Positions 26,489 to 32,000 of a stretch of 32,000 nt of DNA are shown piece by piece. The position numbers were made by a program, and so were the translations under genes. The stretch is from Copranaerobaculum intestinale (GTDB lineage: Bacteria; Bacillota_I; Bacilli_A; Erysipelotrichales; Erysipelotrichaceae): positions 706,857 through 738,856 of the forward strand of contig NZ_WUUQ01000002.1 in NCBI RefSeq assembly GCF_009831105.1. Reading direction: 5' to 3'. The stretch's first letter is position 1. Every line of letters starts with the position of its first letter. Below the pieces are notes generated by a model that was not told where the DNA came from, made no database searches, and saw nothing but the letters and a program-made list of their open reading frames with translations.

Positions 26489-27592
26489 TTATTGTTCAAT
26501 TTTTTTCATTACCTCATCAAAATCATACCAGATATCCTCCCACTCTCCGATTTCATCTGATGTCTGGGCATGCAAATAGGAGCGAAAGATAATCTGGGCG
26601 ATTGCCGCAAAGATCGGAGAAAGAATTACCCCGATGATGCCCAGCAGTGCTTCACTGACAAACAAAGAAATAAACGTGAGGATCGGGCGAACATCCATTG
26701 TCTTATTGAAAATCAACGGCTGAATGATGTTAGATTCCAGCTGTTGTATTAACCACACGATGAACAGCGGAAGAATCGGTATTGTGGAAAAACTCAGCGC
26801 AGAAACAATCCCGATGATGATCAGACCGATCGTTGCACCAATATATGGCCATAAATTGAATAATGCCAGAATGACGGCATACAACAAAGCATTGGGAAAA
26901 TCTGCAATATACAAGACGATCCCTACGGTAACTACGATAAATAGAAGATCAATCACAGTACCAATCAGATACTGATAGATAATGGTGCTCATGGTTTTAT
27001 AAAAATTGGTAAAACGATGATAATTGGGAATAAGCTTATGACATGTATAAATCCAAAATTCCAAATCCAACGAAATAAAAAAACCTGTCATATAACCGAT
27101 CGCCAGCCGTGTCATGGTTCCCATACCGGAAACCAGTGAATTCCAGATAACATCGATTCCTTCGTTCATAACTGTCTCTTTCATTGCCGTGAAGCGATCC
27201 AAGGGTATATGAAGCTTTAATAACAGAGCCTCAATTTGATTCAGCCAGTCAGGCACCATTTTGGAAAGATCGGCAATCTGTTTGTATAGAATCGGAACAA
27301 TAAAGACTAGCAGCAGCACGATCACAATTAAAACGATTCCATATACGATCGTTACTGACAGCTTACGCGAGAAACGCTTCTGAAAGCGATCGATGACCGG
27401 CTGAAAAAAGAATGCGATCAATATGCCGAGCAGGATCGGTATTAACGCCTCATACAAGGTGATAATACGTTCATATACACCAATTTGCTTAAGCAGCAGG
27501 ACTAGAAAAAAGAGCGATAGAATCGGAAATAATGCCTGACGGGCAAACTTTGCCCATTTTACAAAATGGTCCTTCATATAGAAAAACCCCAT
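26489..27592 (-). CDS. AI-2E family transporter (PerM/YrrI-like permease, UPF0118)
   Basis: Polytopic membrane protein with the AI-2E family layout. It holds the same position relative to alaS as B. subtilis yrrI. The start is ambiguous (ATG 27592 or ATG 27577) and neither has a good SD. Confidence 0.8.
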   Translation of the reverse strand: MGFFYMKDHFVKWAKFARQALFPILSLFFLVLLLKQIGVYERIITLYEALIPILLGILIAFFFQPVIDRFQKRFSRKLSVTIVYGIVLIVIVLLLVFIVPILYKQIADLSKMVPDWLNQIEALLLKLHIPLDRFTAMKETVMNEGIDVIWNSLVSGMGTMTRLAIGYMTGFFISLDLEFWIYTCHKLIPNYHRFTNFYKTMSTIIYQYLIGTVIDLLFIVVTVGIVLYIADFPNALLYAVILALFNLWPYIGATIGLIIIGIVSALSFSTIPILPLFIVWLIQQLESNIIQPLIFNKTMDVRPILTFISLFVSEALLGIIGVILSPIFAAIAQIIFRSYLHAQTSDEIGEWEDIWYDFDEVMKKIEQ

Positions 27593-27600
27593 ATGGGGTT
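27585..27600 (-). terminator. perfect 16-bp palindrome / short GC hairpin followed by T-run (attenuator-like)
   Basis: AACCCCATATGGGGTT is followed by TTTCTAT on the minus strand. It overlaps both the stop of the 58-codon ORF and the first ATG of the permease gene. Confidence 0.4.
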
Positions 27601-27775
27601 AATGGATGTCCAAATAATCACAAAGACCGTCTTCCATCGAATGCATTTTCTTCATCATTTTCCGACGGCATTTTTTCGTTTTGCGGCAGACATCATCCAG
27701 TTCATCTTCGCGGGTGTAGCCGATATACATGCCGGCTGCCAGTCCAGCGGTTAGAATTAACAGTTCTTTCTTCAT
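27599..27775 (-). CDS. small (58 aa) membrane-anchored hypothetical protein
   Basis: Strong SD: AAGGAG, 8 nt, ATG (27775). It reads MKKELLILTAGLAAGMYIGY followed by a basic Cys-containing tail. The track start at 27784 is GTG. Confidence 0.55.
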   Translation of the reverse strand: MKKELLILTAGLAAGMYIGYTREDELDDVCRKTKKCRRKMMKKMHSMEDGLCDYLDIH

Positions 27776-27820
27776 ATTGCTCACTCCTTATCGCTTTTAG
27801 TATGTGAGCAGCCTGAATAA

Positions 27821-29992
27821 TTATTCGCAGAGTTCCCATAAACGCTTAACCAGTGTCGTCTGCCTTCCACTGCGGTCTTCACGGCTGATGGCCTGTTGGA
27901 AAACCGCTTTGGAACCGAGCATCACCAGTGATCGTTTTGCACGCGTAATGCCCGTATAAAGCAATCGCTTCTGTAACATAAAACCATAATCCTTCAGTAC
28001 CGGCATAATGACGATCGGATATTCACTTCCCTGTGATTTATGAATGGAAATACAGTAAGCGTGTGTGATATTAGATATTTGATCAGGTCCGTAGCTCACT
28101 AATACACCGTCAAAATCAACTGTAATCATGACCTGATGATTCATTGTTTCATGGGGACTGGCAATTTCAATAATCTTGCCGATATCACCGTTATAAACAT
28201 CATCATCCGGTTGGTTCTTCAACTGCAGCACCTTATCACCTTCGCGAAGAATGCGAAAGCCGCTTTTATATTCCCGCTTATCGGGATCATAGGGATTGCA
28301 CATTTTCTGCAAGGCGTGATTTAAGGCATCAATACCTGCAATCCCGCCATACATAGGCGCCAGAACCTGCACATCCGTGTCAGCGTATCCTTTCATAAAT
28401 GCATTTTGCACAACCTTTAATATCTGATCCTTCATATCATAATGATCGCAATGAAAAAAGGCAATATCAGATGCATGATCCAATACCTCACAGCACCCCT
28501 CGCGAACCTCATGTGCCAGCGTTACAACATCACTGCCCTCACTCTGCCGAAAGATTTTATCCAATCGTACTAAAGAAAACAGATTAGAACCGATTAAATC
28601 CTTTAATACACAGCCGGGGCCAACACTTGGAAGTTGATCCTCATCTCCGATCAGTACAATCTGTGAAATCTGCTTGGAGGCTTTCAGAAGATGATAGAAG
28701 AGCCATTGATCAACCATTGAAAACTCATCAATGATGAGTAAATCAGCAGTCAGTGGATTTTGGTCATTGACTTCAAAAGTATTGGATTCCAAATTCCATT
28801 TTAAAAGACGATGAATCGTTGTTGCATCTGCCTCTCCCAGCTCACTAAGCCGTTTAGCAGCCCGACCGGTAGGTGCACATACAGCGATTTCCGATCCTGG
28901 ATAAAACTTTTTATATAATGACAGGATGCCCCGTACAATCGTTGTCTTACCAGTACCCGGTCCACCGGTCAAAATCATGAATGGAGAAGTGAAAAAGGTG
29001 CGCATTGCTTCTTTCTGCTTTGCTTCATAAGCAATGGCAAAATCCTGTTCCATGACCTTGACTTCATCATCAAAATATGATGGCAGCTCCAGCTTTTCTT
29101 CCCGATATGGAAACCCGCTTAAAAATGTCGCAATTCCTTTCTCCGCATCGTATTGATCATGATGATAAATGCGTTCGTCCTCCACCATGACCTGACGGCT
29201 GGAGATAAGGGCTTGCAGCACAGCTTCCAGATCGAACACACTCCCCAATTTTCGCTGTAAACTCTTTGATAACGCAGGATATGTCGTATAACTGTTACCA
29301 GTTGACATGGTAAGCTCCTGTATTGCAGATAAGACCATCGCACGAAGACGAAACGGATGGTCATAATCAAAATCCAGCGCTCTTCCCAGCTTGTCTGCCG
29401 TGACAAAGCCGATTCCGTCGATATCCTCGACCAATTGATAGGGATTTTCTTTAACGATCATGATGGCCTCTTCCCCATAAGCCGCCTCAATTTTCATGAT
29501 ATTGCGTATGGATATTCCACGCTGAGAAAAAAACGTGATTGAATCATCCAGCTGCTCATTTTCCATGACTCCCTGCACAATACTTTTCTTCTTCCGCTCG
29601 TTCATACCGATGACAGTATTCAAAATATCAGGATCCTTTTTGATGTTTTCTATACAATCACTGCCCAATGCTAATACGATCATCTCCGCGCTTTTTTTAC
29701 CAATGCCCGGAAACTGCGCGCTTGAGAAGTACCGAATTAACGACTCTTCATCATTTGGCTTTGACATTTCAATATGTGCAATCTGAAATTGCATGCCATA
29801 GCGGGGATGCTCTTCATAAACACCGCTGATCTCGTACATTACATCATCCTGCAGCTTCGGCAGAACACCAGTACCGATTATTTCCTTTTCATCTACATTG
29901 TACAGGCGAAATTTGGCAACTGTATAACCGTTGGTATCATTGCGGAAAATCGTCACTATGTGTTTTGCTTTCAGCATTGTTGATTCCGCCAT
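27821..29992 (-). CDS. recD2: ATP-dependent RecD2-type (RecD/TraA family) SF1B DNA helicase
   Basis: 723 aa with Walker A GGPGTGKTT, DEFSMVD (motif II), and C-terminal SIHKSQGSE and TRAK motifs. SD AGGAGAG overlaps the upstream stop. Confidence 0.92.
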   Translation of the reverse strand: MAESTMLKAKHIVTIFRNDTNGYTVAKFRLYNVDEKEIIGTGVLPKLQDDVMYEISGVYEEHPRYGMQFQIAHIEMSKPNDEESLIRYFSSAQFPGIGKKSAEMIVLALGSDCIENIKKDPDILNTVIGMNERKKKSIVQGVMENEQLDDSITFFSQRGISIRNIMKIEAAYGEEAIMIVKENPYQLVEDIDGIGFVTADKLGRALDFDYDHPFRLRAMVLSAIQELTMSTGNSYTTYPALSKSLQRKLGSVFDLEAVLQALISSRQVMVEDERIYHHDQYDAEKGIATFLSGFPYREEKLELPSYFDDEVKVMEQDFAIAYEAKQKEAMRTFFTSPFMILTGGPGTGKTTIVRGILSLYKKFYPGSEIAVCAPTGRAAKRLSELGEADATTIHRLLKWNLESNTFEVNDQNPLTADLLIIDEFSMVDQWLFYHLLKASKQISQIVLIGDEDQLPSVGPGCVLKDLIGSNLFSLVRLDKIFRQSEGSDVVTLAHEVREGCCEVLDHASDIAFFHCDHYDMKDQILKVVQNAFMKGYADTDVQVLAPMYGGIAGIDALNHALQKMCNPYDPDKREYKSGFRILREGDKVLQLKNQPDDDVYNGDIGKIIEIASPHETMNHQVMITVDFDGVLVSYGPDQISNITHAYCISIHKSQGSEYPIVIMPVLKDYGFMLQKRLLYTGITRAKRSLVMLGSKAVFQQAISREDRSGRQTTLVKRLWELCE

Positions 29993-30004
29993 GAACTCAC
30001 TCTC

Positions 30005-30760
30005 CTATAAGACAAACAGCATAGCTATGCTGTTATATACGAAATGAAGCAGGATTGCCCCATAAATACTTTCCGATTGTTCATATGCACGGCACATGAA
30101 GAAGCCAACCAGACCATAGATCAAAATGAACCACAGATCATTAAAGTCACCGGTAAAGATCGATGTATAACAATGAAGGAGCCCAAACACCAATCCCGAT
30201 ATAAGTGCGCACGGTAAGAACCCCCATCGTGAACGAAGTGTACGAAATACCACGCCGCGGCAGATGCATTCTTCAACAATTGGAGCGAACAACAGTGCAA
30301 CTCCTACGGTAAGCAAACGCTGTTCATCCATTGACTGCGTAATCGACGTTTGATTATTGCTTGTACTCTGCTGAGTAACTAATGTAAGCAAAATACTCAT
30401 ACCAATGTAGATCACATAGAGCAGGATCATATTACGCGTGACAATTCGAAAAATCTGCATTGGATTTTTCGGCATATTTGCCCAAGACTCTTTCAAGAGC
30501 GGCCAAATTAAAATAATGGTTACTATAAGAACATATGCATACGTAATCAATTGAATCGGTGTGCCGACAGTGACCGCATGGGGATCCAGCATCAATGTAA
30601 TTCTTGCCATAATATAAGGATAAATTAACGTATACCCTATAAAATAATGCAGCAGCAATAAACTGATACGGGTTTTTGACAACGGTGTTTTACTCCATTT
30701 TGTTATCTGCCCGTTCGCTGATACGTTTGGATAAAGAAACCTCGTGAATAAAGACATCAT
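30005..30760 (-). CDS. CPBP family intramembrane glutamic endopeptidase (CAAX protease-like)
   Basis: Multi-TM protein with the motifs EECICR (EExxxR), FGLLH (FxxxH) and HFVYN (HxxxN). ATG at 30760 lies behind GGGAGGGGG with 8-nt spacing. The track start at 30763 is TTG. Confidence 0.85.
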   Translation of the reverse strand: MMSLFTRFLYPNVSANGQITKWSKTPLSKTRISLLLLHYFIGYTLIYPYIMARITLMLDPHAVTVGTPIQLITYAYVLIVTIILIWPLLKESWANMPKNPMQIFRIVTRNMILLYVIYIGMSILLTLVTQQSTSNNQTSITQSMDEQRLLTVGVALLFAPIVEECICRGVVFRTLRSRWGFLPCALISGLVFGLLHCYTSIFTGDFNDLWFILIYGLVGFFMCRAYEQSESIYGAILLHFVYNSIAMLFVL

Positions 30761-31850
30761 CAATCACGCCCCCTCCCATACAAATCTCATTCTCGTAAAA
30801 AACCGCTTCCTGACCGCAGGTAATGGATGATATCGGATCATCAAAAACAACCATGGCTGTATCATCACTCATCATCGTAACCGTGACAAAATGATCCTTT
30901 TGGCGGTACCGAAATTTAGCTGAACAATGCATAGTAGGGTTAGGATAAAGCGATCCAATCCAATTTATATGTGAGACTAAACAGCTGTCTGAATACAGCC
31001 AGTCATTTTCATCACCATTGCATACATACAGAATATTTTTTTCAACATCTTTACCTGCCACAAACCAAGGCCCAAGATTTCCGCCGATTCCAAGTCCTTT
31101 TCGCTGACCGATAGTATAATACATCACACCAATATGCTCACCAACTGTTTTTAAGGTGCAGATATCAACGATTGGACCATTCTTGGAGGGAAGATAATTC
31201 TGGAGAAATTCCCGAAAATTACGTTCGCCAATAAAACAGATACCGGTCGAATCCTTTTTTTCCGCAACCGGCAGCTTTTGTTCTTTTGCAATACTGCGAA
31301 CCGCCTGTTTTTCTAAATTGCCAATGGGAAACAATGTCCGGCGCAGAGCAGTTTGAGACAACTGACATAAAAAATAGGTTTGATCTTTATTATCATCCGC
31401 ACCCCTCAGCATAATGCTCTCGGTTTCATTGTGCTGTACTTGTGCATAATGACCGGTCGCAATACGATCAAAACCCAACTCATCTGCAAATTTTAAAAAT
31501 GCATCAAATTTAATGTATTTATTACATAGAATGTCCGGGTTGGGTGTTCTTCCCTTTTTGTATTCTTCAAGAAACTCGGAGAAAACATAATCCCAGTATT
31601 CTTTGATAAAATCAATGCGCAGCAGCTTTAAACCAAGCGCATCAGCAACAGCCTTCGCATCCTGATAGTCCTTCTCCTGCGGACACACATCATTTTGAAT
31701 GGTTGGATTTCCTTTGATGTCATTATTGGCCAAAGCATCCCAATTTCGCATAAAAGCGCAGGTTACATGATAACCCTGCTCTTTCAGTATATAAGCCGCA
31801 ACGGCGGAGTCTACACCTCCGGATAAACCAAGCAAAACACGTTCTTTCAT
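30690..31850 (-). CDS. mnmA: tRNA 2-thiouridine(34) synthase MnmA
   Basis: PP-loop GLSGGVDSAVAAY and full-length MnmA similarity. ATG at 31850 lies behind AAGGTGA. The track's 36-codon N-terminal extension runs through a promoter, a terminator and the 5S rRNA, so I rejected it. Confidence 0.93.
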   Translation of the reverse strand: MKERVLLGLSGGVDSAVAAYILKEQGYHVTCAFMRNWDALANNDIKGNPTIQNDVCPQEKDYQDAKAVADALGLKLLRIDFIKEYWDYVFSEFLEEYKKGRTPNPDILCNKYIKFDAFLKFADELGFDRIATGHYAQVQHNETESIMLRGADDNKDQTYFLCQLSQTALRRTLFPIGNLEKQAVRSIAKEQKLPVAEKKDSTGICFIGERNFREFLQNYLPSKNGPIVDICTLKTVGEHIGVMYYTIGQRKGLGIGGNLGPWFVAGKDVEKNILYVCNGDENDWLYSDSCLVSHINWIGSLYPNPTMHCSAKFRYRQKDHFVTVTMMSDDTAMVVFDDPISSITCGQEAVFYENEICMGGGVIDDVFIHEVSLSKRISERADNKME

Positions 31851-31869
31851 ATATATCACCTTATCATTC

Positions 31870-31898
31870 ATTATACAAGAACCGAAGCAGGAAAGGAA
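31870..31898 (-). promoter_or_regulatory. possible sigmaA promoter for mnmA
   Basis: Minus strand has TATAAT (31875-31870) with a weak -35 TTCCTT at 17 nt. It lies just downstream of the rrn terminator. Confidence 0.35.
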
Positions 31899-31931
31899 TA
31901 AAAAAAGACTCTCAACAAAGAGAAGAGAGTC
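31899..31931 (-). terminator. intrinsic terminator following the 5S rRNA (rrn operon terminator)
   Basis: GACTCTC-TTCTCTTTGTT-GAGAGTC (31931-31907) followed by TTTTTTT on the minus strand. Confidence 0.8.
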
Positions 31932-31935
31932 GATC

Positions 31936-32000
31936 ACCTGGCAATGAGCTATCTTCACACGGGGCAGGCCCGGTTATTGTCGCCGCTGGAGTGCTTAACT
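31936..32000 (-). rRNA. rrf: 5S ribosomal RNA, 3' ~65 nt (5' part outside window)
   Basis: The minus strand reads AGTTAAGCACTCCAGCGGCGACAATAACCGGGCCTGCCCCGTGTGAAGATAGCTCATTGCCAGGT. It aligns by eye block for block with the B. subtilis and E. coli 5S 3' halves (AGUUAAGC..CAGCGCCGA..CCCC.UG.GAGAGUAG...GCCAGG). Confidence 0.8.

Noticed and set aside
31851-31958. N-terminal 36-codon extension of mnmA in the ORF track
   Set aside because: It runs through a TATAAT box, a strong terminator hairpin and the 5S rRNA 3' end. A proper SD plus ATG exists at 31850.
31936-32000. Edge sequence considered as a protein C-terminus, RNase P RNA, SRP RNA or a riboswitch
   Set aside because: Two frames do stay open to in-frame stops, but the block-by-block match to the 5S rRNA 3' half is much better. 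The order of conserved blocks does not fit RNase P or SRP.
1-32000. Search for CRISPR arrays, tandem repeats, IS elements, integrases, phage genes, toxin-antitoxin pairs and tRNAs
   Set aside because: None was seen by eye. All long ORFs are accounted for by housekeeping or sporulation genes, and no intergenic gap shows repeat-spacer periodicity or tRNA T-arm signatures. A computational repeat scan would be needed to exclude short dispersed repeats.

Overview
Chromosomal window from a low-GC, endospore-forming Firmicute; species cannot be assigned by eye. I count 31 protein-coding genes, 29 of them on the minus strand, plus one gene remnant, the 3' end of a 5S rRNA at the right edge, and an alaS T-box leader. 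Most of the window is core housekeeping. As far as I recall, the order matches two conserved Bacillus subtilis blocks joined end to end. Block one is mnmA, recD2, an AI-2E permease, alaS, UPF0297, ruvX, DUF1292, mltG, udk, greA. Block two is comEA, comEC, holA, rpsT, gpr, spoIIP, a small protein, lepA, hemW. Further left lie a beta-hydroxyacid dehydrogenase-family gene (+), rpsO, pnp, pepV, trmB and a lipoprotein gene that runs off the left edge. Only about 8040-10100 looks non-core. This visibly A+T-richer segment splits the usually adjacent lepA and hemW. It holds a decayed ABC-ATPase gene, a 307-aa protein resembling a Fic-family scaffold without the Fic motif, and a Spo0A-family regulator with Asn at the receiver phospho-acceptor position. 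A 17-bp palindrome built from 0A-box-like half-sites lies upstream. That module is my best candidate for something undescribed, but it rests on by-eye alignment. No CRISPR array, transposase, integrase, phage gene or tRNA was seen. All motif coordinates were counted by hand. Several ORF-track starts are GTG/TTG-extended, and I trimmed them where an SD-plus-ATG was visible.
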